The notes beneath the pieces are model-generated. The model did not search any database. It saw nothing but the letters and a program-made list of their open reading frames with translations, and was not told the DNA's origin. Shown here piece by piece: positions 13,601 to 25,792 of a stretch of DNA of 64,000 bases (its first letter is position 1; each line of letters opens with the position of its first letter). Origin of the DNA: Hydrolagus colliei (taxonomy: Eukaryota); assembly GCA_035084275.1 (NCBI GenBank), contig CM068745.1, forward strand, positions 44,578,001 to 44,642,000, in the 5' to 3' direction. Made by a program: the position numbers and the translations under genes.

Positions 13601-15588
13601 TCTTGCATTTGATATAGCGCCTTATCACATCTTCAAGATGTCTCAAAGAGCTTCACACGATATACTGTAAAGTGAATAGACTGTATTTTGTGGGTGAGAT
13701 ATGCCAACTGTGGCTGAATTGATAATTTGGACAGGTTTAGCATTACATTAGCTGATAAACAAACATTCAGTTGGATAGCAATTGTCAAACATAGGCTTGT
13801 TCTGAAATATAAATAATGTAAATATATTTTTGGAAACATAGGTGTTCTAACTTCAACAAACTTTATCATCACACAGTTCATCTTGCTTAGCTGTTGACAC
13901 ATTAAATGTGACCTTTTATACACGATTGTCAGACTTTAACAAGCTATGTGGTCAGGCTGAAGAGCTGCTGAGTGCTTTCATGTTGTAAATGTAAAGGAAC
14001 GTGGGAGCAATGATCATACTTTTCGTCTGGTTATGAACCAACTGCAATTGCCCATGTTACCAGTGAATTGTATAAATAGTGAAGAACCATAAGTGTTACA
14101 ATCTAATGATGATACAAGCATAATGTAAATGGTGGCATCAAACCTAAATCGGCCCAACACACTGGTTTGTGTGTACAGTGTTACACTGCAACATTGAATG
14201 AACATTTTGCATGCTCTTGTACATCTTATGTTCCAAGGTGACTTGCAAATGAATGAATGAACTAATGTTTAATTGCACTTGACCAGTGTTTCATACGTAA
14301 ATTAATTAGACTATTATTACTGGACCATTTAATCCTTAGAGTGCTGAATAGTCTCCGCTGCTTCTAAAATATGTCTGGGATCTAAGAGGTGTGTGGGAAG
14401 CCAGCTCTTAGAATGAGCTATCATCAATCCTGAAGAAAGCGGTTCTAATTCAAATCTGGCACAGGTCCAAAAGAAATGGTTGAAACTGATGGAAAATAAA
14501 AATTAAATTAAAACAGGTGAAATGAAATGTGCACATTAAAGTTTCCATAGACATCATTTATGTGCACCTCATTAAACTAACCAGATTAGTTAGAAGTAAC
14601 AGTTTCTGTTCAATTAATTTTCTAGATAAATATCATATGCTAATTCAGTAAGTGGAGCAATTTGAGGACACATTCAACACATTTGGAAATATGCTGTGTG
14701 ACCCTGATCTGTAATATGGTATCCAGGTTGCTGAGTGATGTTGCTTGACTTGACATCCTATAATACTGTAATGTGTTTTGCTGTATATACATATAAAATC
14801 CTATACTTTGTTGAATACGTGATGTGGTTCTTTGCCTGGTTATCTCAGTCAATTTAATGGATAAATCTACATTTCTTTAATTATTTTTCAATACATTTCT
14901 AGCAATTATCAACCATAGTAAATTATTAAAGGTTCGAGCCATGTCTTCTGGGTAAATTATTACTGTTACTTTCAAAGTTCACTGCAGCTCAGCTCAGACA
15001 ATGTATTAGGTGGATCTAGATCAGTTCAGATCAAACAAAAGCACCAGAGGCTTTCAACTGTAATTTTGATCAAACGTGACATGAGGAAGCATGATTATAC
15101 TCAATAGCATGCTCACAAGCAGATGACAATCAAAAATCCTAATAGTCTACTCTAACTGCTTACCAACTACATGTCACTGACTGATGGGAGCAAGGTGGTG
15201 CCACTCAGACATTTTCTTGCAGGCTGTACATTTCACCAGGGAACCTTCTCAGTTAGCTCTCTGTTTGGTTCTCTGACTTTAGTAAGATACATGTAAAGCG
15301 ATTGAAATCGGTCTGTTTTCTATTCTGCTTTAAATTCTACCAGAATACAAACTACAAAGCAAGGAAGAATACCCCAACACACACACACATCATTTGAATG
15401 GATTAAGATACAAATGAAAAGGTAATTCAAGGCAGGTTGACTGTGGCTTTTTCACAGTCTGGTAGTGTTATGTTTCACATGTGAAATATTATGCTATCCC
15501 ACGTAATCTAAACAAGAATTTTTCATTGGAATTCCATCAAACTCATTTGTCCAGCATGTACAAAGAAAAGTTTATAGAAAGGAGCTGA
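10620..15588 (-). other. Putative long 3' UTR with candidate poly(A) signal AATAAA at 10642-10647
   Basis: AT-rich stretch directly downstream of the stop, relatively poor in young repeats. The plus-strand tttatt at 10642-10647 is one of several candidate signals; the true end cannot be fixed from sequence. Confidence 0.35.
13220..13710 (-). mobile_element. Old CR1 3' fragment (13220-13590) plus SINE tail (13590-13710)
   Basis: atagaattatagaatgttacagcac CR1-type end with degenerate CR1 ORF-end sequence, then the SINE tail taataattcttgcatttgatatagcgcc. Confidence 0.6.
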
Positions 15589-16300
15589 TCACCATCTTTC
15601 CACTTGACTGCTATAGTCCTCTGTAGTCACACTCTCCATGGTTTCTTCGGTCTGTGGTTTATGGTGCGTTGCCTGTTTCTCATGAAGCAGTCTCCGTTCT
15701 TCCTGTCGCTTTCTCTTCTCCTCCTGGTGCTCTTTTTGCCTCATGTACTGAAAGCGCTGTAAAAAGAGATCTTTTGCATAGTCATAGAGCTGCATGTCTA
15801 AAAAATTCAACTCCTCAATGCGTTTCCTAGTTTGCTCATTTAGCTCGACACTGGCAGCTCGTGTGCTATTGAACTGAGTGAAAGGCGAGATGAACTTCAA
15901 GTGAAAGGTTCTTTCAAATAGATACTGAGTCTTCCTTTGGAATTCAGTGAGGCCAAAAAAGGCCATGTCCTTAAGGTTGTTTTTGGCACTGTGTAAAAGG
16001 ATCTCGTTCCTCTTATTTTCCGTCATGATAGATAAATTGTAGCATCCCACAAGGCTGAGGTCTGCCAGCATGCGGACCTGTCGGTTGTTGGCAAGGTTGT
16101 AAGGGCAGTTCATGAATTCCTGGAGAGTGCAGCCTGACCAATCATCCCCAATGTAGCAGGTGGGCAGCTCATCGTGCGTGGGAGTCCTGCCATCACACAT
16201 GTGCAGAGAAGCCTTCCACGTCGCTCCTCTCTGAACATGCCTCCACTCACTTAAATAACGGGACACTGGATCTCTCAGCATTGTTATGTAATAAAAGTTC
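15589..16300 (-). CDS. HS6ST2: Terminal coding exon of heparan sulfate 6-O-sulfotransferase (probably HS6ST2; HS6ST3 not excluded)
   Basis: Translation (R)NFYYITMLRDPVSRYLSEWRHVQRGATWKASLHMCDG...NLANNRQVRMLADLSLVGCYNLS...MAFFGLTEFQRKTQYLFERTF...TEDYSSQVERW* matches the C-terminal half of vertebrate HS6ST proteins, including the 3'-PAPS-binding RDPVSRYLS motif. The exon starts after tttag at 16301-16302 (phase-2 split Arg codon); TGA is at 15589-15591. Family assignment is near-certain. The paralogue call (~60%) rests on recalled diagnostics: WRHV, KASLH, GCTL and LQRFQ favour HS6ST2. Confidence 0.93.
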
Positions 16301-16340
16301 CTAAAATTGTACATGGGGGAAAAAAAAACAGAAAAATTTA
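16301..16340 (-). promoter_or_regulatory. 3' splice acceptor (polypyrimidine tract + AG) of the HS6ST terminal exon
   Basis: The minus strand reads ...tttttctgtttttttttcccccatgtacaattttAG|GAACTTTTATTAC; HS6ST similarity starts exactly here. Confidence 0.9.
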
Positions 16341-17049
16341 ACATATACCTGTACATTTATTTAATTACAGCTCATTAATCATTTCCAGTGGCATACATCT
16401 TGTCATTTCATACAGGTCTAAAATTCACAGTCAATTGCTCTTATACGTTTGTCAATGCAACTAACCGTTCCGAGGTCCAATCCTTCCTGACCCAGGCAAG
16501 TCATCATTGCGTTTGAAGATAAGTATCACCAGCCCAAAAGTAACTCTTCAGTTTGTGCAGTAACATCTGCGATTGTTAATAATATATGAAGATAAGTAGC
16601 CACAAGACATCTTGGTTTGTTATATGCTATGGAAGTTCAGTTCAATGCAGACCAACTGAGAATTCTAATATTATTAAAGTGCAATGCAAAGTTATTTGTT
16701 GTCAAGTCTGCTTGAGAATGTCTGCTGGGAATGTTCAGGGCTACAAAGATTTAATTCATTTCAGAGCCCTGAAAAGCTGAAAGGTTGATTTCACTTTAGA
16801 CTTTTCCAAGTCAACAATTCCATAATACAGTACAGTAGTGAGTTTCGTGTGAGGAAAAGTAAAGGCAATCAAAACGATAAGTGCACATGAGTACCATTAA
16901 TTAAACTGTAATTTCTAACTGTTGTTCCTGTTAAAATATATGGGCCTATTAAAATGTATTTGTATTCTCTCTTTCAAGATAAAGAAAATATTTAAATATT
17001 TGCGTTATCTTTACATATTACTGTAGCTTACTACACTTTTTCTCTAACA

Positions 17050-17396
17050 CAATGGTGGGTAAACTTTTTGGTCGACAAAACTGATCTTACTTTATTGAAT
17101 TTTTTGTTCATTGATGGTCATGCCATTGGTATTGCAGCTCAGTAGCTGGTGGAAACCAGGTATTGATTTGATGTGGATTTGCCTGGACTAGTGGGGTGTT
17201 CGGCAGGCGACTTCTTGGCCCACAAGCCATTGCACCAGTGTAACGCAGTGGTGGCGGCCCACTTTATATGTATCAAATCAATACCTTGCTTCCAGTAACT
17301 AATGAGCCACAATATGCATGGTATGGCCATAAACTAAGAACAATTCAATAAAGAAAATATAGTTTGGTTGGCCAACAAATAGGTTGGTCACCACTG
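17050..17396. mobile_element. Old palindromic hAT-type MITE with ~120-bp inverted arms
   Basis: Ends are caatggtgggtaaac / ggttggtcaccactg. The arms align through ctttattgaatt and atggYcatRccat...aggtattgatttgat (inner 15 bp perfect). Spacer 17173-17271; TSD decayed. Confidence 0.75.
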
Positions 17397-17457
17397 CTGT
17401 ATTGCAACACCAACAATCCGAAGGAAAAGTGCAGGAAATATGTTTGTAATAATAATA

Positions 17458-17856
17458 CACTAAAATGTTGTTTATCTGGTACCCAACCAGCCGGCATACT
17501 CAACCAACCGGTATCTCCCAATACAATTCACCATTCCAGAAACCGGATCTCATACCTTAGCCATCCGGGACACTAGCGGTATGCTCACTTTGTGCGTGCA
17601 TGCGCTTGCACACTTATTAAACTTACCGAAAACTGGGATGCTTTTTTACCGATCATTTTACCGAGTGTACTGGAATGCTTTATTGGTAAGTATCCATACG
17701 ATATTCTGCTATTATTTAGTCTATTATTAATATGGTATGTTTTAAAATAAGTTTTAAAAAATTGTTGGATTTGGGGATTTTGGGCAACTTGCCACTTGAA
17801 TATCCAGCAAATTTGATTAATCGGCAATGGTCAGGTCCCGAGGGTGCCGGATACTG
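17458..17856. mobile_element. TcMar/Tigger-type MITE (family T1) inserted at a TA in the SINE (TAA)n tail
   Basis: Left ta|cactaaaatgttgtttatctggtaccc; right gggtgccggatactg|ta (12 bp of the TIR deleted). The TIR matches the element at 20625, and taataat flanks both sides. Confidence 0.8.
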
Positions 17857-18177
17857 TAATAATAATCCTTGCATTTGATATAGTGCTTTTCACGACTTCT
17901 AGACATCTCAAAGTGCTTCTCAGAATATACTGTGTGGGTGAAACGCAGCAGCCAATTGCACACACCAGTGTCCCACAAACAGTTATAGATTGAAGTGACC
18001 AATTCTTTTAAATGGATTGTTATCAGGCGTGTGGAGTAAGGAAACTTGCCTGGAATCAAAACCTAGGTTTCTCAACATCAACAACAACTACTTCGATTTA
18101 TATAGTGCCCTCCACCCGGACGGCATCTCAGAGCGCTTGCCTCACTTGCAAGGCAAATGCTCTAACCACTGAGTTAC
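17857..18177 (-). mobile_element. SINE family A, near full length, head interrupted by an L2 tail-only insert (18075-18140)
   Basis: Tail, core and head are all present. The insert is flanked by duplicated ctca (18071-18074, 18141-18144). Confidence 0.85.
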
Positions 18178-19884
18178 CAAACTTTAACATTTTAAATGAA
18201 ACTCCCTGAGCAACCATCTTCACTAGTGCTGGATGCAAGGTTTTCAAGCTCAAATGCTGACAGAGGATACTCGGTATCCGGGAGGCTTTACTATAGTCAC
18301 TAAGTTTACATCCCAGGATGCCACAGAAATGTTTGTAATGGGAATACGATATGTTTGTCGGGCTGAAGCTAAAGTAAACAACAACCAAACAACAATGCTA
18401 ATACTAAACTACCACTTTATCACATATTTAGATGTATGTGTATACTCATTTCCGTATTATAGAAATTGTGGTAGCACAGAAAATGTGAGCAATATGTCTG
18501 CATTGTGTCAATCTGACTGCCTCTTTCCTCTATGGTGCATTGCAGAATGCTCCCATTAATATTTATTCTGGCAGCACTCTGTGTGAACTGCAGAATGCAC
18601 AGATCTTCTGGTGGTCCCCAAAGATGCAATTTATCTAAAACAACTTTTACATCAGAACCCTGGCACCATCCATCCCCATTGCTGTTCTCTTAGTATGCTC
18701 TGTGTGACCAGACCAATAAATATAATCCTGTGGCCATTTATATTCCCATTGTTTATTTATTATAACATATTCCATTTGATGCACTTTATCTCCTCTCTAT
18801 TGGTGTTGTATTAGAGAAAGGATGCATAATTGTTAAAGCCAATGCAATAAGCTACAGTAATTGTTAAAGCCAACAAAAATATTTAAACATTTTCTGTATT
18901 GAAAGAGACAATTAATCTTTTCTAATTGTTTTGTAGATGTGTTGATCCATATTAACCCATCAAACTTTGTGTAGTTTGGTCATGCTTTATGCAGGTTTGT
19001 CATTGAGCATTTCTTTCAGTGTTATTCCAGTATTGTTCAGCACATTTGGACATCCTACCGATGTGAAAAGTGCTATATAAATGTAAATTTGTATTATATT
19101 AAAATTGGGGTCTCAAATGTATCATTCACAAACTGGAAGTCAATGTTCTAACTATAACTGAAATTGGGTAATTCTCTAAAAAAAAATTTGGAAAAAATTC
19201 ACAATCTCAACCCAGAAGAAATTTAAATAGCTACTGGCCCACTGGCAACCCAGAAGCAGAACAGTGGCCATTTTTCTTTGCGAAGTGATGTCAGTGGCAT
19301 TTCATGAACACAGAGCAAATAAAACATGTTGTAGAGTCGGGTACCAGGGTAAGAGCTAAGGCTTGGGGACGAAAGAGCTTTGGGGGAACAGCTTGAGTTA
19401 ACCAGCTAAAACCACCTAGCATGCCATTAATAACAGCAGTTAATAATATAAATTGATTACAAGCAGGGATTATGGAATAAAAACAGAGAGTTCAAAGACT
19501 AGATTTAAATAGGTTGTGAAATAATATTTGGTTCAATGATACCTTCAATTTTTATGACATTTAATATATCTGAACAACTTACCAATGATATTCTCAATGG
19601 TAACATCCATGAAGCTTACAGTGTATCTGAATACATTCAATATGATAAATAGGAAATGCTTTGCTAAAATAAGAAATAGGGGATTGCAAGAGATGCTACA
19701 TACACAAGGGTGCATGGAGATTCTTCAGGTAAAACATTGAATTGTGGCAGTGGGGTTAGTGAATTCTACACAATTGTCAGCCCACTAACTATTGAGCTGT
19801 GCTGATGATGCGATATGCATTTGGGATCTATATTTCATATCAAAGAATCTCTTTGGATGCACTGAAGTCTGATATGACCTTTGG

Positions 19885-20087
19885 TAACAACAACAACAAC
19901 AAAATTACATTTATAGAGCATCTTTCATGTCAGGAGGCTGTCCCAAGGCACTGAAACCCAAGGCAATTGGCTGCTGCATTTTGCCCACAAAATACATGGT
20001 CAATTCATTTTACAGTCTATTCTATGAAAGACGTTGAGACATCTCAATGACGTGATAAGGCACTATATGAAATGCAAAGGACTATTG
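19885..20087. mobile_element. L2 tail-only fragment (minus, 19885-19955) fused to a SINE 3' half (plus, 19964-20087)
   Basis: (aac)n...ggaggctgtcccaaggcactgaa, then caattggctgctgcattttgcccac...aatgcaaagg. Confidence 0.75.
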
Positions 20088-20624
20088 TGATTAACAAAGG
20101 AACACTATGTAAATAATGAAGAAGGAATATGTTCCATTTTTCACTAAGTGTATAAATTTGAGGAAATGATTATATAATGAAATTGACAGCAACGAACAGC
20201 ACTATTTGGAGTTTATGCAAGTAAATGCCACAAAAATGAAGCTCTCCATCTGGACATGAGGTTTCTCTCAAGCTTTAGACAATTTAAAAAAATATATTGT
20301 GCAGAATTTTGCAAAGAAATTTTGTAAAATTCTGCATGAATTTAAGCTTCAAGTCCCAAGAATGTGAAACATTAACTTATGGTGAGTTTCAAAACTCCTT
20401 CTTTAGACAGAAATGAAATTGTGGAGCAGCATATTGCTGGACATTGTGCTTACTATCTACAAATTGATAGGATAGAGATTACTTCCTGAAGTGCATATTA
20501 CCAAGGAGGCACCAAGCCATTCTATAATTTATGAGCTTTACTTTCTCCTTACCATTACCTCTAGCTGATGTCATTTAAAGAGTTGGAATGACTTCTGAAT
20601 ATATTGCTGGTAATAATGATGGTA

Positions 20625-21146
20625 CAGTAAAAGCCTGTTTATCTGGCACCCGATCAACACTAACTTCCGAGGTATTGTCTGGCGATCAGTGGGATTCTAG
20701 CAATTTGTTAATAAGAATTCAGCATGCTGCTTTTGCTAAAGTAAGAAAATACAATATATAATTGTGGAATACAACTTTTATTAGCTTTTGGGTGTGTTAG
20801 ACCTTTAGGCATGACCACTGGATTGATAGAATGGGATGCCAGGCTCACTTCTCGTGGCTTTGTTCCATATTGTCTTGGGAGGACATGAAACTCTGAAAGA
20901 CCATTTGACACAGTACAGTAAACGCTTGCCGAACACCTCAAAAAAAAGGGCTCGCCGGCACCTCAAAAAAAAGGCTCGCCGGCACCTCAAAAAAAAAGGT
21001 CCACATTCGATTAACCTGAATTTATCTGGAAAAAAATGAATTTTTTTTAAACAATTTTTTTTGGGTGTTTTTGGCTGAATATCTAGCATGTGTTTTAACC
21101 GGCATTGACCAGGTCTCGAGGGTGCCGGATAAACGGGCTTTTACTG
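20625..21146. mobile_element. Tigger-type MITE (family T1) with captured local sequence
   Basis: 27-bp TIRs cagtaaaagcctgtttatctggcaccc / gggtgccggataaacgggcttttactg (2 mismatches), TA on both sides. The interior 20669-20933 is a copy of 22327-22604. Confidence 0.92.
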
Positions 21147-22586
21147 TACCGCTTTTAGACAGTAGTGAAAATCCACTAAAAGAAAAATGCTTAAAGAGGG
21201 ACTCACTGACTTGCTTATAGCTATAATAATATTTGGTGTGAATTAATATAAATCCAAAGCCACTCAGGAAACTCTAAACATGCTATCAATTAAGAAAATA
21301 AAATTGTCAGGCTTTTATATTCCAAAAGCAATATCGTTGTTGACTGAGAGTGCTCATAGTACCTTTGGGATCACATACAGAAATGATAATGAGAAATTGA
21401 ACATTAAATACAAACAAATGCTGGGAACACATTAATATGTTCAATAGAAATTATTTTAGGTTTCTTCTCTAATTCCACATGTGCCACAACAGCTGCTACT
21501 TAGTAAAGTTCTTCCAGTATGTGTTGATACATAACACCACTTAACATGCTCAGCTGATAACTGAACAATCCCATCAGAATAGGTTTGATTTCTTTCAGCA
21601 ACACATCACAGCAATTTTGCACAAATGAAATCACTTGCAACTACACAAATGATGAAGAAAAATGCTGCTTGGGGGCACAGTACAAATGGCAAAAAAATGA
21701 TGTACTAATGCTCAACTCAGCAAATAAAAAACTAAGAATATGTGAAATATTATACAAAAAAAGTTATCTTGGCATGAGATCAAAACTAATAAAGTTCATT
21801 CGTCATGAATAATGGATACCATCATGGTCTGTTGGTCAAGAATCTACTTATCGTAGTGTCATAATTTATGAAACATTTGGAATTGCAGTAATCAAATTTA
21901 TGTTTTAATGAAGGTGAGATTATGTGGCACAACCCTAGATGGCATTTGGGGCAATCATATTTTCACAATAATTGTTTCCATTGTGCAACTCAAGCAATGC
22001 CACCCAGTAAAGCATGCCACCACTGTTAAACCAATATCTTACCACTGGGTGGCAGCAATACTTTAACCGCTAGCATTTTGATATTTTGCCATTTTGTTTC
22101 CACCTTGTTATTAATAAATGAGCCCATTGGGGTCTAATACTCAGTGATATTTAATGGGATTCCTTAATAAATAATCTGGAAGTACGTTACATCAAGGGAA
22201 ACTCTGGACTTGATTTACTTTCAAAGCAAACGTGACATATTTCAGGTTACTGGAAGGTGTCCCCACTTGTTTTTCTTTTAAAGGATCCCATTACAAAACA
22301 TTGAGCATTAGATCTCTTTTGGACAGGAGGTATTGTCTGGCGATCCGTGGGATTCTAGCAATTTGTTGATAAGAATTTATCATGCTGCTTTTGCTAAAGT
22401 AAGAAAATACAATATATAATTGTGGAATTCAACTTTTATTAGCATTAGGGTGTTTTAGACCTTTAGGCATGACCACTGGATTGATAGTCTGCTACTTAAG
22501 AATGGGATGCCAGGCTCACTTCTCGTAGCTTTGTTCCATATTGTCTTGGGAGGACATGAAACTCTGAGAGACCATTTGACACAGTA

Positions 22587-23161
22587 CAGTAGACGCTTGC
22601 CGAATGCGGGAGATACGTTCCTGGAAAACAGCGCACTTGATAAAATTGCATTCGGTAAGCTTAATAATTAATGGGAAAAAAGGGTTCGGGGAATCCATCC
22701 ACAGGCTATCCAATCTCAAGCTTCCAGGCAAATCCACACCCGACCAACGCAAAGTACATACTGAGGCGGGCAACAGCCGGTTGGCCCGCTCCCCCTGGTC
22801 GTTGCTCTCCCCGCTCTCACTGACTCACTGGCGACAATAGAACAGCACCTTACACTACTACTAAATTATTTTACCTTTGGTCCTGGAAGTGTTAGGCTAT
22901 ATGAATACAGTAAATATGATTGAAACAACCTTGATTGTACTTTACAATCAAGGTTCAAAGTTGTTGTTGTTGTTAACCTGCAATGCCATCTGGTTGCTCC
23001 GAGGCGGAGGAATCATCGGACTTAGGTGAGCATGTGCACGGGGCCAGCCGGCGTATATAGGCAAATTTTACTCGCGTTCCGCAGAAAGGTGCCGCATTTA
23101 TTTATTTGCGTATATAGGCGAATTCATACTCAAGAAAGTCACATTCGGCCAGGGTTGACTG
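22587..23161. mobile_element. Tigger-type non-autonomous element (family T2)
   Basis: ta|cagtagacgcttgccgaatgcg ... cacattcggccagggttgactg|ta: imperfect TIRs, TA TSD, CpG-rich interior. Confidence 0.8.
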
Positions 23162-23883
23162 TACTTAAATGATCTCTATGCTGCAAATATGATGATTGAC
23201 AATTTTCATTATTCTTACTCTACCTTTGACCGTTTGATATTTTATTTTGAATCTGCTAATTTCATGTGAGCCTGTCCCCAACAGCAATTTAGCCTTCAGA
23301 GATTTCCAAGTGTAATTTGCACTATTTCTTAATAAGGATCAAATCATCCAAATGGGGACTCTTGATAGTAATCAAGAGAATGTTCCATTGATCCATTGGG
23401 TCTCTGACAACCCAATGCACTACCAGAATAGAGTTCTTGTGGGACTATAGGAATTCCAGCAGGGTTGATTCCTTTTCAAAGAATCCATTCAAAAAATATC
23501 ACAAATTCAATTCCAATTTTAAGTACCATGTGCAGTGATGGGTTTTCTCTCTGCCGCTAGAGGCACTTTCATAAATAACGTTCGACTCTGTCTTCAGATA
23601 TCAATTCTTTCTGTCTTTGAGTGAACTAACTTCTTAGTGCACCACTGTAAGCCTTTAGCATTTCTGGTTTAAACAGACCTGGTACACACAGCAGAGAGAG
23701 ACCCTTACCACTATAAAAGTTGTGACTTTGAAACAATTGAGGAAGCGTGAACTTGGGCGAAGACATTTTTTCCTGATGATGTGCACTCAACCTCAGTCTG
23801 AAGAAAGTAAATTCACAGCACTTGTAAAGGCAGGGGACTGTAACACCATTTTTATTTTAAACAGTACTGCGGTATCTGCGGTA

Positions 23884-24205
23884 TAATAATTCTTGCTTTT
23901 TGATCTAGCACTTTTCACGTCTTCTAGATGTCTCAAAGTGCTTCACAGAATGTACTGTAAGGTAAATTGACTGTATATTTGTGGGCTAAACATGTCCTCC
24001 CGCACCAGGCTCTGGACTCCATCACTCCACCCTTGCCCGGCTCCACTTGCTCCCCACTCAGCAGAAGATACAACTCGAACTCCTGGTCACTTTCAAGGCC
24101 CTCCATGTTTAGTGCCTTGAGACATCCTCCTGACATGAAAGGCACTTTACTAATGCCATTTTGATGTCATTGTTGTATAAGTGCAAGTTGGTTTTGTTGT
24201 TGTTG
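23884..24205. mobile_element. SINE 3' part (minus) joined to an internally deleted L2 3' fragment (plus)
   Basis: SINE tail to ~23990, then cccgcaccaggc...ctttcaaggccctccatg, which jumps straight to the L2 tail gtgccttgagacatcctcctgacatgaaaggcac...(gtt)n. Confidence 0.75.
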
Positions 24206-24728
24206 AATATCACAAATTTCAGACACAAAATATTTCACTTGCTTTGATGATTTCAGAGAACCTGCCTGAAAGCTTATTATAGGGAGCATTATTATTCAGT
24301 TTGAATCACCCGCAAAGAAAAGTTTGCAACTACAGTATGTTGAAATTTATCATAACATGTTTGTATTCTATTCAATGATTGACTCTAGACTTTTCCTGAT
24401 CCTATTAAACAAGATATTAATTATATGTTCTTGCAGATTATGTTATGGTTACATAAATGCCAGTTAAATAGCAAGAACTTAATGGTGCATACAGATCTAC
24501 CAATTTATTTAATGGAATCTAACTGCCATATTCTGGAGCTGTTTGGAAGCTTTTGACCTCAATTGAATTTCCTTTTCAATATGATGAAATGCAATCATGG
24601 AATATAATTAAGGATGATATATTTACATTGTTTTATAAGGCCATGCAACTGATGAGACACCACATCCCCCACCCACCCCCCCAACCAGAACAGTTTGGAA
24701 ACCTTACTGGAATCTCTGCTATCCCTAC

Positions 24729-24791
24729 AACAACAACAACAACTTTGATTTATAGAGCGCCCTCCACGCCGGACGGCGTCTCAGAGCGCTT
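24729..24791 (-). mobile_element. L2 second-family tail-only insertion with 21-bp TSD
   Basis: tggaatctctgctatccctac at 24708-24728 and 24813-24833 flanks the tail plus a 21-bp filler. Confidence 0.85.
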
Positions 24792-25555
24792 ATCTGCTAC
24801 TCAATGGATTTATGGAATCTCTGCTATCCCTACTCAATGGATCCCTACTCAATGGATTCCCCTCAGAGATATGCAATACATGATTTATGCACAAGTAACT
24901 ATGACACAGCATGTAAACATGAACATTAAGCAACTAATGGACAAAAGATAATCTGAGATAAAAGAACAGACAGTGCCAGTCAAGCAACCCATTCGTCAAC
25001 TCTGAACTGACAGTGATGAAAACAGAAAATGTTCCCTTGACTTGATCGTATTATTTTTCCTGAAGGTTTATTTACTTGTAATGACTCTTGGCATTCTTAG
25101 GTATAAAAACAATTTCTATCCAGAGAACATGCTCAGTATGGAAGCCCTGTGAACATCTGTCACTAATACACACAGTTTTCAAATGATATTCAGGATGTTA
25201 GTCGTGGTGCTCTCTGAGTTTGATTTAAGGCATTGATTTTACTTCAATTCCGTGAAATGATTTTCAGGTTACACCAGCAACAGCCAGTGGTAAATGAATA
25301 GCTTTTGAATAGCTTTATGAGTCTGGAGATCAGCCTAGCCTTACTTGACCTAAGATATACCACACATGCTGCTTGGAACTGAGCCTGGAAAAGTCACGTT
25401 AATACTGCAATGCAAACAATTCTATCATTCTATGAATTACCCCTGAAATTCCACAAAGACTATTTTATCTTAAAATTTAAGATGGTGTAACATTATGGAC
25501 TGTCCTTAAATTCAGTCTTGATTTAGCAAGCCTTTTTCTTAAAAAGAACTGCAGA

Positions 25556-25788
25556 CAACAACAAATTATATTTATATAGCACCTTTCGCTTCGGGAGGAC
25601 AAACCAAGGAGGTGAACAGTCAAAGTTTTGCACACAAGCTGTGGGCTGGTGTCAAGAGTGGTGGAGGGAAAGTAGTGGGAAGATAATCAAAGGCATGTTT
25701 AAAGAGGAATGTCTTGAGATCGGCCTTGAAAGAAGTAAGGGATGAGACAAGATGGAGGGGCTCCAGAATGAAGTTCCAGCGGGTAGGT
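25556..25788 (-). mobile_element. L2 3' fragment
   Basis: L2 tail plus the ORF end SFKADLKTFLF. Confidence 0.8.
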
Positions 25789-25792
25789 ATAG

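Noticed and set aside
16301-16356. N-terminal MYRYMLNFSVFFSPMYNF of the 255-aa ORF
   Set aside because: It is the translated polypyrimidine tract and acceptor of the intron; HS6ST similarity starts at 16300.
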